Below are positions 10,083 through 20,466 of a stretch of 64,000 nucleotides of DNA, in pieces (the first letter of the stretch is position 1; every line of letters starts with the position of its first letter). Origin of the DNA: Patescibacteria group bacterium (GTDB taxonomy: Bacteria; Patescibacteriota; Patescibacteriia; UBA10025; JAHIVO01). The stretch is taken from NCBI GenBank assembly GCA_028718605.1, contig JAQULM010000003.1, positions 16,971 through 80,970 on the forward strand, given 5' to 3'. A program made the translations under genes and the position numbers. Under the pieces are notes generated by a model, which worked only from the letters and a program-made list of their open reading frames with translations, did not search any database and had not been told where the DNA came from.

Positions 10083-11375
10083 TTAACGGTACCGGCGCCG
10101 GGTAAAACTTGAACGCGACCGGCGCTGATACCCGCGGTTACGCGAATCCACCCGTCCCCGTTGCCTGCCGTATGCCTGCCGGCTCATCGGGTGCCGCGGC
10201 TCATACCTGGCTGGTGGTAATTTCGGCAATGGTTTTACGGGGAGCGTGGCGCGTATAAAACGCTCGATGCTCCGGACATCCTGCTGCTGGTCAAACGTCG
10301 CAAATGACACTGCTCTGCCGGTCCTGCCAGCGCGCGCGGTCCGCCCGATGCGATGGACGTAATCTTCGGCATGCGTCGGCAGGTCAAAATTCACGACCGC
10401 CTCAATGCCGGTCACGTCGATACCGCGTGCCGCAATGTCAGTCGCAATCAATACCCGATACTTGCCGGACTTAAATCCGCCCATCGCGTCCTTGCGCTGG
10501 GGAAGGCTGCGGTCCGAGTGGATTTCGGCCGCCTCATGCCCCATGGTGCGGACCTTGTAGGCGAGGCGTTTTGCCCCGTACTTTGTCCGAGTAAATACTA
10601 ATACCGGGCCGATTGTTTGCTGCAGCAGCAATTCCAATAACCTGCCTTTATCCTCTTTTGAAACGAAAAAAAGTTCTTGCGTTACCTGGTCAACCGTGGT
10701 ACCCGGCCGTGCAATTTCCACGCTGATCGGGAGTTTCATATGGTGCTGGGCGATTGCCACGATTTCTTTGGGCATGGTCGCGGAAAACAGCATGGTCTGC
10801 CGATTACGCGGTACTGCAGCCAGAATTTTATTGATCTGCGGGGCAAATCCCATATCCAGCATCCGGTCCGCTTCATCGAGCACCAATACGCGTACGTCGC
10901 CCAGATCAATGAAATGCTGCTCCAGATGGTCGATCAACCGACCGGGAGTAGCAATGATGACGTGAGGTTTTTGCTTGATGTACTGCCGCTGGACGGACAT
11001 TGATGCCCCGCCGATGAGCACTGCAGTGCGCAGCCCAAATGAACGGCCAAGCTCTGTAAATGCTTCGTCAACCTGGATCGCGAGCTCACGCGTCGGCAAC
11101 AATACCAGCCCGCACCCGCCTACCTGCGCCAAACGCTGAAGCATGGGAATACCGAACGCAAGCGTCTTGCCCGTGCCTGTCTGGGCAATGCCGATCAGGT
11201 CCTTCCCCTCGATCGCGACTGGAATCGACCGCTCCTGGATCGGAGTCGGTTCGGTGAATTTCAGCCGATCAATTGCTTCGAGCAAGCGCGGCGCAATGCC
11301 AAGACCGTGGAATCCGTTCATTTTTGGATTCGCACTCGGTTGTTGTTCCTTTTCAGTTATTCTTCCGTTATGCAT
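10083..11375 (-). CDS. DEAD-box ATP-dependent RNA helicase
   Basis: Q-motif, AQTGTGKT, DEAD (VLDEADRM), SAT and HRIGRTAR motifs. Arg-rich C-terminal tail. Start codon uncertain (several in-frame Met). Confidence 0.85.
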   Translation of the reverse strand: MHNGRITEKEQQPSANPKMNGFHGLGIAPRLLEAIDRLKFTEPTPIQERSIPVAIEGKDLIGIAQTGTGKTLAFGIPMLQRLAQVGGCGLVLLPTRELAIQVDEAFTELGRSFGLRTAVLIGGASMSVQRQYIKQKPHVIIATPGRLIDHLEQHFIDLGDVRVLVLDEADRMLDMGFAPQINKILAAVPRNRQTMLFSATMPKEIVAIAQHHMKLPISVEIARPGTTVDQVTQELFFVSKEDKGRLLELLLQQTIGPVLVFTRTKYGAKRLAYKVRTMGHEAAEIHSDRSLPQRKDAMGGFKSGKYRVLIATDIAARGIDVTGIEAVVNFDLPTHAEDYVHRIGRTARAGRTGRAVSFATFDQQQDVRSIERFIRATLPVKPLPKLPPARYEPRHPMSRQAYGRQRGRVDSRNRGYQRRSRSSFTRRRYR

Positions 11376-11471
11376 AAAAATAAAAATCCTGGATGAGGAT
11401 TCTAGAGGCGCCGGAAGTATACTGCATAATGGGATATCTGTCAACAACACCCCTGGCATTCACTGGCTTTT

Positions 11472-13943
11472 TTGGAAGAACGCCTGGCTCCCACGCTTGC
11501 TTTTTGGTACACTGGGAACATTATGGGGCACCCTATGAGCAAAACCTCCAGCCAACTGAATTGGTACGTGCACCCGTCAATCATCTATGGCGTCGTTTTC
11601 GCTTCTGGTGCGGCTGCCTTGATGTATGAACTGCTCTGGATCCGGACGTTAAATTTGCTTTTTGGCGTCAGCAGCTTTGCCGTAACGACTGTCGTCAGTA
11701 TTTTCCTGCTCGGTTTGGGGCTCGGCGGCTATTTTTTCGGCCGCCAAACTGAAAAAACGCCAACTCCGCTCCGCCTCTACGCCTGGATTGAGCTCGGCAT
11801 CGCCGCGCTCACTGGATTGTCATTGGTGGCTGTGGAATACACTCCCCTGTTTTCCGGCCTGCACGCCCTGATCTACAACCACGCAAACCTCTACATACTT
11901 TCACTGGTGCGTCTTCTGATGACATGCGTCATCCTGTTTCCCGCAACTTTCTGCCTCGGAGGAACCGTGCCAATACTCTGCAAGTACTTTATTAAAAAAG
12001 ATGAGACGCTTGGATCAAGGTTTACCCTCTTGTACCTCCTGAACACGCTCGGCGGCTTTACGGGAGCGATTGCCGCTGGTTTCATTACCGTCCGCTTTTT
12101 TGGCACGACGGCATCATACCTCATGGCTATCGCGATGAATGTCGCGATTTTCTTCACCATACGGGCATGCAGGAAAATTTCAACTGCGCCACCGGAAAAA
12201 AGTGAGGACCACGCCGTACCCGACCGCCCTGAACCCCCTAAAAGAAATATGGGCCTGGCACTGTTCATTTCCGGTTTTATTGCCCTTGGTTTTGAAATCG
12301 TATGGATCCGCGTATTAACAAATTTTGGCTCAGGCACTACCTTGTCCTCCACGCTCATTCTGAGCGGTTTCTTGCTCGGGTTTGCAATCGGCAGCGTATT
12401 TGTCGTCCGGCTCATTGACAGGTCAAAAAATGTATTACGGCTTCTTGTAGCCTGTTTTATAACCCTCGGCACCGCCGCAACGCTGTCCTTTCTCGGATTT
12501 GGCATGCTCAACACATATTTCCCTGATCCGTTCATAAGTTACAAAGCCATGCTCGTCGAGTCGTTCGTTGGCTTTGGCTTTTCATTTGTCCTTGCAATTT
12601 TCATGGGGACGATTTTTCCGCTGAGCGTCCGGCTGTATGCCGGTACTGCGGCGATGATAGGCCGAAAATCGGGTTATGCATATTTCATTAATTCCCTTGG
12701 AACGGTAGCCGGGAGCATCACGGCTGGTTTTGGGCTTATCCCGTTTGTTGGAATCAGGAATTCCGGCCTGGTTCTTATCTCGCTGTGCTTTCTGACCGCT
12801 GGCTACCTGGCAATCCGGCTGATCCAGGGCCGCCGGCTCCTGATTGGCATCGCTGCTGTACTCCTAGTGGCTTCCTGCGCTTCGATCATGGCAAGCAACC
12901 AGGTTTTTCACCGCTTGTCTGCGGGGTCGAAGGAACTATTTTATGCTGAAGGATTATCTGCAACTGTTACCGTACAGGAAATTACCATGCTCTCGGAAAC
13001 GTACAAAACATTGAATGTGGACAGCGAAACCGTTGCAAGCACCCATCATACCGGCGTCGTCGATTCAAAATTATTAGCCCATATCCCACTCATGCTTATC
13101 GATGAACCGAAACGGGCAGTCACGGTCGGATACGGTTCGGGCGGAACGAGCCATAGCATGCTCCAGTACGGCTGCGAAGTTATTGCCCTCGAAATTGAGC
13201 GGCAGGTCATCGAGGCCAGCCGGGAATTTACCGACCTCAACCAGCACGCGGAGACAAATCCGAAACTGCAGATCATCATTGATGACGCGCGTAACTACCT
13301 GGCGAATACGGAAACCGCGTTCGATGCGATTGTGACCGATGTCACGAATTTGAAATACAAGAGCAACCCGTACTTATATACGCAGGAGTATTTCGAAGCC
13401 ATGCGAAACGCCCTTGCCCCGGACGGCGTCGCCGCAGCATGGGTACCGCTCGGCGGCCTCTCGTTCAGTGACCTGAAGATTCTCCTGAAAACGTTCCAGA
13501 CTGTTTATCCGCACACGACTGTCTGGTACGATTACTATGACGCCACAGGATTTCTTATTATTACCGGCACGCCTGAAAAAATGCTGTTTGATTTCGAAAA
13601 AGTGCACCAACGCATCCAGCGGGCAACCACCGACCTTGAATCCATCGAGCTCAGTGACGTGTACAGCCTCGGCTCTTTCCTCTTACTCGGGGAGCGTGAC
13701 GTCAAAATGCTCAGTGCCGGCTCGGCGGTCAATACAGACGACCGTCCGGTGCTGGAATTTACTGACCTCGATTCGTATTCGCGTCCCAACCAGTTTAAAA
13801 ACCTGGAGCAGCTCCTGGCATCCCAAAACGAAATACTCGAGAGTTACTATACGTTCAGCTCGAGCGATGAAGAAAAAATACTGCAAGCACTACACAACGG
13901 GCGCACCATCATGAACGGTTATATAAGCGGGATCGCCCCGTAG
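11472..13943 (+). CDS. fused membrane-domain / spermidine-synthase-like aminopropyltransferase
   Basis: 823 aa. About 14 N-terminal TM helices. C-terminal SpeE-like domain (VTVGYGSGGT..IIIDDARNYL..DAIVTDV). Confidence 0.7.
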   Translation: MEERLAPTLAFWYTGNIMGHPMSKTSSQLNWYVHPSIIYGVVFASGAAALMYELLWIRTLNLLFGVSSFAVTTVVSIFLLGLGLGGYFFGRQTEKTPTPLRLYAWIELGIAALTGLSLVAVEYTPLFSGLHALIYNHANLYILSLVRLLMTCVILFPATFCLGGTVPILCKYFIKKDETLGSRFTLLYLLNTLGGFTGAIAAGFITVRFFGTTASYLMAIAMNVAIFFTIRACRKISTAPPEKSEDHAVPDRPEPPKRNMGLALFISGFIALGFEIVWIRVLTNFGSGTTLSSTLILSGFLLGFAIGSVFVVRLIDRSKNVLRLLVACFITLGTAATLSFLGFGMLNTYFPDPFISYKAMLVESFVGFGFSFVLAIFMGTIFPLSVRLYAGTAAMIGRKSGYAYFINSLGTVAGSITAGFGLIPFVGIRNSGLVLISLCFLTAGYLAIRLIQGRRLLIGIAAVLLVASCASIMASNQVFHRLSAGSKELFYAEGLSATVTVQEITMLSETYKTLNVDSETVASTHHTGVVDSKLLAHIPLMLIDEPKRAVTVGYGSGGTSHSMLQYGCEVIALEIERQVIEASREFTDLNQHAETNPKLQIIIDDARNYLANTETAFDAIVTDVTNLKYKSNPYLYTQEYFEAMRNALAPDGVAAAWVPLGGLSFSDLKILLKTFQTVYPHTTVWYDYYDATGFLIITGTPEKMLFDFEKVHQRIQRATTDLESIELSDVYSLGSFLLLGERDVKMLSAGSAVNTDDRPVLEFTDLDSYSRPNQFKNLEQLLASQNEILESYYTFSSSDEEKILQALHNGRTIMNGYISGIAP

Positions 13944-13950
13944 CTATATT

Positions 13951-14280
13951 TTACGCCACGTCTACGAAAATATCGCCGCCTTCTGCCTTTACCGGGTAGC
14001 GCACGGCATCTTTGACTTTCAATTTCATGAACGCGACTTTTGCCGGACCGACATTTTTCCCAGTCGACAGGTCGAATGCTGCTCCGTGCTGCGGGCAGCG
14101 CGCAATGGTGCCCTCCAGCTTGCCCTCGGCGATCGAACCGCCCATATGCGGGCATCTGTTGTTGATCGCATAATACGCTCCGCCGACATTGGCGACGAGG
14201 ACTTCGACTCCGCCAATGTTCACGTGCTTCATGGTACCGGAGGGCAGGTCAGCAGCGCTCATGGCCTTTTTAAACGGCAT
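13951..14280 (-). CDS. Rieske [2Fe-2S] ferredoxin-type protein
   Basis: CPHMGG ... CPQHGAAF Rieske motifs in a 109-aa protein. Confidence 0.75.
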   Translation of the reverse strand: MPFKKAMSAADLPSGTMKHVNIGGVEVLVANVGGAYYAINNRCPHMGGSIAEGKLEGTIARCPQHGAAFDLSTGKNVGPAKVAFMKLKVKDAVRYPVKAEGGDIFVDVA

Positions 14281-14337
14281 ATTTTTATAAAAACCAATTA
14301 AATGCTTGGACGGGTATTTTTCTCTTCGACGATCCGA

Positions 14338-14961
14338 TTACTCCGTCTGCGCCGGCACTACCTTGAATGCGTCCATCACAAACGCTGCCGAGGTAGATGC
14401 GTCCTTTTCAATGGCAATGGTATTGCTGCCCTTCTTCAGGGAAATGTTGCCGAGTGAATACCATTTCCATCCCTTGGTGTCTTCGGAAATGTGCGTATAC
14501 CGCAGTACCGCGGTCCCGTTGACGCTGATCGTCGCATTCCGCGCGCCATTCTGGTGCAGGGCGTCATCCGATAGGCGCACTGACATGACATAGGTACCCG
14601 CCTTGATGACTGGCACGGAGTAGGTCACCGTAGCGCCGCCGTCGCCGAGATACGCTTCCCCGCCCCGCGCTGACGTCCCGACGTACGAATACGATCCTTC
14701 ATTGGTCAGCGCTCCGGACTCGCCCTCAACCTGGACTGAACCAATAGGAAACTCTCCCGTGGCATTAGCGTTGGCAGAGTCGGCATTGATAGTGCCCACG
14801 GCCGAATTGGTTGTCGCGGCATTCGAAACGACCGTATTGAGCAGTGTTGTATTCACGGCAGCGGCGTTCGTGTTCGCGGTGCTGGTCGCTTTCCCGCAAC
14901 CAGACAAGACGACAGCAAGTAAAACAACGCTTGCGAACAAAATTGCTTTTTTCATATGCAT
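14338..14961 (-). CDS. lipoprotein with beta-sandwich (carbohydrate-binding-module-like) domain
   Basis: Lipobox LAVVLSGCGK. Thr/Asn-rich linker. C-terminal ~130-aa beta-rich domain. Confidence 0.55.
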   Translation of the reverse strand: MHMKKAILFASVVLLAVVLSGCGKATSTANTNAAAVNTTLLNTVVSNAATTNSAVGTINADSANANATGEFPIGSVQVEGESGALTNEGSYSYVGTSARGGEAYLGDGGATVTYSVPVIKAGTYVMSVRLSDDALHQNGARNATISVNGTAVLRYTHISEDTKGWKWYSLGNISLKKGSNTIAIEKDASTSAAFVMDAFKVVPAQTE

Positions 14962-14965
14962 AGAG

Positions 14966-15370
14966 TCACTGGTTGATTACTGGCGGATTGCTCGGGCTTG
15001 GTTTAGCTTTCACGAACGCCGGACCGAGCGCAATGCCGACGAACACGAAATACACGCCCCAGTTGCCGAAAAACTTGGCTGTCGTCTGGTTTGGAATCGC
15101 AATCCCCAAAATGACAACAACGGCGATGACGGCCCAGACCACGCCGTGGGTAACCGCCTGTTTCCGGTTTGCCGGCTTCATGAACCGGCTGGCGAAAAAC
15201 GAGCACAAGCCCATGATCACGGCGAGAATAAGGAATCCGTGCGCAGGCGGGGGGTCAGTGTCGGGAACTCCCAGGATAAGCGAGAGGGCGAATGTCGCGA
15301 TGAAAAAAATAACCACCAGCACCAGCCCGAGGCCGATGAGCATGATTTTATTCACTGCTGCGCTTGTCAT
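14966..15370 (-). CDS. hypothetical membrane protein
   Basis: 134 aa, 4 predicted TM helices. Confidence 0.45.
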   Translation of the reverse strand: MTSAAVNKIMLIGLGLVLVVIFFIATFALSLILGVPDTDPPPAHGFLILAVIMGLCSFFASRFMKPANRKQAVTHGVVWAVIAVVVILGIAIPNQTTAKFFGNWGVYFVFVGIALGPAFVKAKPSPSNPPVINQ

Positions 15371-15541
15371 AGGGCATGTCTATTAATGCTTACACGCCCA
15401 GTATATGCCCCGCGGGGCAAAATAACAAACCGTATGCCATTATGAATGCTGATTGCCCGCAGAGTAACCGAGATATACAAATCGGCCATAATAAATCTTC
15501 CGTGCCTTCCATATGCCACGAAACCAACCGGCTCTGGAGTG

Positions 15542-18112
15542 CTATTTCCCGAAATTCACCCCGCCGCGGAATCCTTCCGGGAATGCCCAGAACCACGATT
15601 TCAACACGCGGGTGCCGGATTCCATGTCGTACACACGGACATTCGGGCCACCGAGGGAGGCGGGCGAAGTCATCACCTCGTCAATGCCGTCCCCGTCTAC
15701 GTCAGCGAGAAACAGGTTCACCCCGCCGCGGAACGCTTCGTCGTACGCCATGAACCAATCCATCAATGCGAGCGAATTATTTTCGTAACGGTAGATACGC
15801 ACGTTCGGGCCGCCCAACGACTGGGGAACGAGGGTTATTTCCCCCTTGCCATCGCCGTTCACGTCACCGACGGACATGGAGAGCGTGCCGCGGTACGTGT
15901 CTTGGTATGCCATGACCCAGGTCAAGAGCTCGAGGTCACCGTCAGCGTTCACGGTATACACGCGGATATTCGGGCCGCCATTCAGGTAGGGGGAAACGAT
16001 GACGTCGTCCGCACCATCGCCGTTGATGTCGCCCGTCCCGAGCTGTACGCCACCATGGTACGCCGACTGGTATGCCATGACGCTTGTCGTCAATTCAAAC
16101 TCGCCCCGTGAGGCGCTGTACTTGAAAACGCGCACGTCGGGGCCACCCTGGCCGCGCGGCGCGGTTATGATTTCGTCGATACTATCACCATCCAGATCCC
16201 CGGCAACCACGTTCACGCCGCCGCGGAACGCAGCATCATAGGCAAAGAACCAGTCAGTGAGGTCCAGCCCATCACCCGCCGCATTGAGCGAGTAGATGCG
16301 CACGTTCGGGCCGCCTGCGGATATCGGAGCGACGGCAATGTCTTCACGGTCGTCGCCGTCAAAGTCACCGGTTGCCACGGTCACGCCGCCGGTGAAGCCT
16401 TCATTGAACGCGAGCGTCGAAGCGATCTCGGTACCGTCAAGCTCAAATGCCTTGATGCGGGACTCAACCCCCTGGCCCGGCGTCACGACAATCTCATTTA
16501 CTGAGTCAGCGTCAATATCCGCCTGCGCAACCTCGAGGCCCATGCGCAACGACTGGTCATAGACGAAGAAGGATGAAATCTGGGCGCCTGCCTCGTCAAC
16601 AACGCGCACGTTCGGGCCGCCCTTGGATGCGGGAGACATGACAATGCCCAACGACGGCCGATCAGCCGTTGTGGTGAATTCCCACGACGGCGTACTCGCA
16701 TTCCCCCGTGCATCACTCACTGTCACGCTCACCGCTACGGGAGTGCCGTAGCCGTACCCACTGCTGGAATTTATTACCACGTGCAGGCTCCCGTCTTCAT
16801 TCGCGGTGACCGTCCCGAAATAGCCATCTTCAAACTGCCCAGCGCTCACCGCACGGTGGCCGGCCACGCTGACACCAAGCGTTGCGCTGTCAACATCATA
16901 CACCGCATCCGTCAGGGTGAAGGAAATGGCTACGCGGGGATCTACTCCGCGGTCACCGCCCGCGGGAGACTGCTCACTCGCCACTGGGCCGACGCCGTCA
17001 GGGAGGGATGTTTCCCAGATCTCCGTGCCACTATTCATGCCCGCCGTCCCAACGTAGAGTACCCCGCCGATCGTCGTCAGCATTGAGGAGCTAAAATTTT
17101 CGTGGTGTCCGAAGCCGTCCTCATTAACCTGCTCCCATGACGATCCGTCATACGCCCACAGTTCGGTGCCGGTAGTGGGATTCGTCGTGCCCGCATACAG
17201 CGTATGGTTATAATCAACTAAAGAAAATACGTCATAATTATTCGAACCGTCGCCAAACCCGCCGCTGCGCACCTCGGTACACGCCGTCCCGTCGTACGCC
17301 CACACTTCCCCGCCATCGGTCGAATTCCGCGTGCCGATAAAGAGTTGCCCGTCAAAAACCTGTACGTCAATGAATCCTAAGTTATCGGCATTGCCAAACC
17401 CGTCGGTGCACACCTGTGACCAGTCAGTACCGTCGTATTCCCACAGTTCGGCGCCTGTTCCCGGCGCTGCCCTGAGGGTACCGATGAACAGGTGGCTTCC
17501 GTACTCCTGCATGCTCATGCAGTAGGCATTGTTGGCATCGCCGAAGCCGTCCTCGTTCACCTGCGACCATGCATCGCCGTCGTACGCCCACATCTCGCAC
17601 CCGGCAACTTCATTCGTCGTGCCGGTGAAAAGGATATCGTCATATATAAACAGATTATACGACATCGTATTGAGTGGGTCGCCGAAGCCGTCCTCGTTCA
17701 CCTGCTCCCATGACGATCCATTATACGCCCACAGTTCGGTCCCGGTTACGTCATTGACCGTGCCGACGTACAGCATGCCTTCGAACACTTCGACGCTCGC
17801 CGCTTCAACATTATTTCCGTCGCCGAAGCCGTCCTCGTTCACCTGCTCCCATGACGATCCATCGTAGCGCCAGACCTCAGCGCCCGTCTCCCAGTTCGTG
17901 ACGCCCGTATAGAGGTCGTCATCGTACTCAACGAGCGAATACGAGATAGTATTAAACGAATCGCCGAAGCCGTCCTCATTACTCTGCGTCCAGGCAAGGC
18001 TCTGGGCACTGGCAATGCTTGGGACCATGGCCCAGACCGCAAAAAAACCCAGTGCAACAAGGCCTGCTACAATATAAACACCGCTGCTTCGCATTGGTAG
18101 TGATTGCTGCAT
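15542..18112 (-). CDS. large secreted two-propeller protein, paralog 2 (diverged copy)
   Basis: 856 aa with the same architecture as paralogs 1 and 3. The C-terminal FG-GAP-like region is roughly 75-80% identical to the other copies. Ends in FRGGVNFGK. Confidence 0.8.
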   Translation of the reverse strand: MQQSLPMRSSGVYIVAGLVALGFFAVWAMVPSIASAQSLAWTQSNEDGFGDSFNTISYSLVEYDDDLYTGVTNWETGAEVWRYDGSSWEQVNEDGFGDGNNVEAASVEVFEGMLYVGTVNDVTGTELWAYNGSSWEQVNEDGFGDPLNTMSYNLFIYDDILFTGTTNEVAGCEMWAYDGDAWSQVNEDGFGDANNAYCMSMQEYGSHLFIGTLRAAPGTGAELWEYDGTDWSQVCTDGFGNADNLGFIDVQVFDGQLFIGTRNSTDGGEVWAYDGTACTEVRSGGFGDGSNNYDVFSLVDYNHTLYAGTTNPTTGTELWAYDGSSWEQVNEDGFGHHENFSSSMLTTIGGVLYVGTAGMNSGTEIWETSLPDGVGPVASEQSPAGGDRGVDPRVAISFTLTDAVYDVDSATLGVSVAGHRAVSAGQFEDGYFGTVTANEDGSLHVVINSSSGYGYGTPVAVSVTVSDARGNASTPSWEFTTTADRPSLGIVMSPASKGGPNVRVVDEAGAQISSFFVYDQSLRMGLEVAQADIDADSVNEIVVTPGQGVESRIKAFELDGTEIASTLAFNEGFTGGVTVATGDFDGDDREDIAVAPISAGGPNVRIYSLNAAGDGLDLTDWFFAYDAAFRGGVNVVAGDLDGDSIDEIITAPRGQGGPDVRVFKYSASRGEFELTTSVMAYQSAYHGGVQLGTGDINGDGADDVIVSPYLNGGPNIRVYTVNADGDLELLTWVMAYQDTYRGTLSMSVGDVNGDGKGEITLVPQSLGGPNVRIYRYENNSLALMDWFMAYDEAFRGGVNLFLADVDGDGIDEVMTSPASLGGPNVRVYDMESGTRVLKSWFWAFPEGFRGGVNFGK

Positions 18113-18376
18113 ACGCGTAACCTCCGTTTAATTATTTATTACTATGTACTTAAGTATACGCCTGCTTTTCACATCAAACAACTGACCCATGCCTGCCCGC
18201 GGGTGAGATTGGATTGTTGCAGCTGGTCAACGCGCTTCAGTTACTCAAGTTCAGCCTTGAACGCACCAAGTTTTACTGCTGTCACATGTCGGTCGGGCTT
18301 TGACTGGGTATACGTACCTGGTTTTCGGATAGGAGCTCTCATGCCATTCTCAGTTTAACGCAAACGATTTCGGGAA

Positions 18377-18991
18377 TCATGCGCCAAATGCAATTGGACT
18401 TTTTTTCAAAAACCGGTACGAGCTGGAAACTATTACCGAAAAAATAAAAAGGCCTGCATACTGTATGAACATGGAATCGGGATATACACTGATAATGTCG
18501 ACGACCATCATCAGGCCATACACCAGTGCGAGCGCGACCACTAATACAATGCCCGCCCGTATTTGCCGTGGCCGTTGGCTGAGCCCAAAACGGTCTATCA
18601 TTTTGGCCTCCCCCAGCATAAACCCGATGCCAACAATCTGTACAATTGCGATACCGGGCGCGATGCCGATGACAAACAATAGATCGGTTATTCCGCCTGC
18701 GTGAATGAGGGCGAGCAGCAGCTTATCCGCGAGCACGCCGACAAAAAACGAGAGTACATAGAACTCCACGCCCAGGAAAACAGCCAGCGCCGGAATTTTC
18801 TTTGCGCGGTAGAGCGGTATATAGTTCTTCGCCAACCACGCGAGGAAACGAATGAGCGCCAGCCCCAGCGCCGGATACAGAAATTCAACGACGTGGAGTG
18901 CGTACGCAACGAGCACGAAAAAACCGGCGACCCCCCACAGTAGGACCCACCAGGAAAACGTTCTCTTTGTTTGCGTTGCATTGTTTGGCAT
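18377..18991 (-). CDS. hypothetical polytopic membrane protein
   Basis: 204 aa, about 6 TM helices. Confidence 0.5.
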   Translation of the reverse strand: MPNNATQTKRTFSWWVLLWGVAGFFVLVAYALHVVEFLYPALGLALIRFLAWLAKNYIPLYRAKKIPALAVFLGVEFYVLSFFVGVLADKLLLALIHAGGITDLLFVIGIAPGIAIVQIVGIGFMLGEAKMIDRFGLSQRPRQIRAGIVLVVALALVYGLMMVVDIISVYPDSMFIQYAGLFIFSVIVSSSYRFLKKSPIAFGA

Positions 18992-19898
18992 GCGTTTGAT
19001 ACATTATACCACGATCGCACATAGAAATAAAAAAAGCGGACCGCACACAGTGCGCGGCAGATAGTAATAAAAACAAAAAGCGCCCCAGCGCCTAATACGA
19101 GACTGTTGAATGTATTAGGAGGTTTTTGTTAATCCGGACTGCCACGCCACGTACATGAAAATTCCCGCGAAGAGCGAGACGGGCAGGATGAATTTGAAAA
19201 AAACTGACGCAACGGCTCGACCCATAGTTTTTCTTTTTGTTTTATTTTTGTACTTTCTACCACCATTATACCTTAAAAAAACACTTTTGTCAATCTCGAT
19301 GACGTATATCGCCCAGCAATATAAGAACATTTTTCATGCCTATTCCCCGGCACGTCCTCAAACGCATCATGCACCCACCAGGCGGAAATAATATTCTCGC
19401 CATCCGTAGAGCGCGATAAAACTGCCACCACGCTGGCGGCATGGATACTGTACGGCGTGGCGCTGTCCTTCCGCATCTGCCCTACGTGCAGCCGTGTTAC
19501 GGCGCGCGGTCGCCCTCCTGTTCTGCGTCTACATCATTTACGACTGGAACAGGGCGCTGCGACTACCCCGCACCATGGATAATGCCGTGGACTCCGCGGT
19601 GGCTATCTTCTTGGATGTCATCAACATCTTTGTCCGCATCGTGCTCATCCTGGGCAGGAAAAAGTAGCCACCCCTCGCTCCCCCCGGAACTTCCCAAGGC
19701 CTGCCTTCCCATGGCGGGCCTTTTGCTTTGCACTAAAAAAACCGCCCAACCTCGCTTTCGTATCCCCCGTACCTTTTGTACTGACTCCCCCTCGTCCATC
19801 GAGGCGGCACGCTTGACATGATAGTGATTATGCGCTATACTCTATAGCTACATTTTTTCCTATTACCATTCAATTTCAGCATTACGAGAGGCGTAGCG

Positions 19899-20114
19899 AT
19901 GAAAGTATTCGTTCTTGAAAAAACAAACGGAAGCTGGACGCCCGCAGAGGTGAATGCTATCGTCGCCGGTCAGGTCGAAGTGGAATCCTTGCCGCGCCTG
20001 CCTAACCGTCTGGTGGCCATAAACAAGCCCCTGACGGGTAAAAACTTCAAGCAGCTGCTCGGACACTCCAACTTCACCGAACGGGAAGTCGACTACGTCG
20101 TGCGGTGGGATTAA
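19899..20114 (+). CDS. small hypothetical protein
   Basis: 71 aa. GAGAGG RBS upstream and a terminator downstream. Confidence 0.4.
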   Translation: MKVFVLEKTNGSWTPAEVNAIVAGQVEVESLPRLPNRLVAINKPLTGKNFKQLLGHSNFTEREVDYVVRWD

Positions 20115-20137
20115 GCCGACACCAGCATCCGATCCTA

Positions 20138-20178
20138 AATCCGTCCCTTTGGCGTTGCTATCGGGGCGGATTTTTTTA
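20138..20178 (+). terminator. rho-independent terminator
   Basis: aaatccgtccc ... ggggcggattt followed by TTTTTTT. Confidence 0.45.
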
Positions 20179-20368
20179 TTCCCCTTCCCCGCGCCTCGAA
20201 GGACTCGTAGTAAAATTGGAGTGAAGAGGAGTAGTCCTGAGCTCCGCTCAGGATTTGATCCCGCTTACCTCCTACTGGGGGCGCCTGCCTATGGGCAGGC
20301 GTTCGGGTCAAAAACGACGCTGAGCCCAATTTTCAAGAGGACTGAGTCTGGCGCGGCGGTTCTTTTCC

Positions 20369-20396
20369 GCCGCTTTTCTTGCCGGCAAGAAAAGCG
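20369..20396. repeat. 28-bp perfect palindrome ccgcttttcttgcc|ggcaagaaaagcgg
   Basis: Related palindrome at 29086..29113. Confidence 0.6.
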
Positions 20397-20466
20397 GCAA
20401 TCTTGTCTTCCATTCAACTCAACCAAAAAACCGCCCCAAAAAGCGGTTATGCGTGCGTCCCGATGC

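Noticed and set aside
14702-15445. 247-aa plus-strand ORF spanning the lipoprotein and membrane-protein genes
   Set aside because: It is antisense to two minus-strand genes with proper signals (lipobox, TM helices). It has no start context.
19100-19900. Possible small membrane-protein ORFs (~30-36 aa) and a non-ATG-start 85-aa frame in a gene-poor 0.8-kb stretch
   Set aside because: No convincing RBS or conservation signal is visible from sequence alone. They could be sORFs or ncRNA, but the evidence is insufficient to call.
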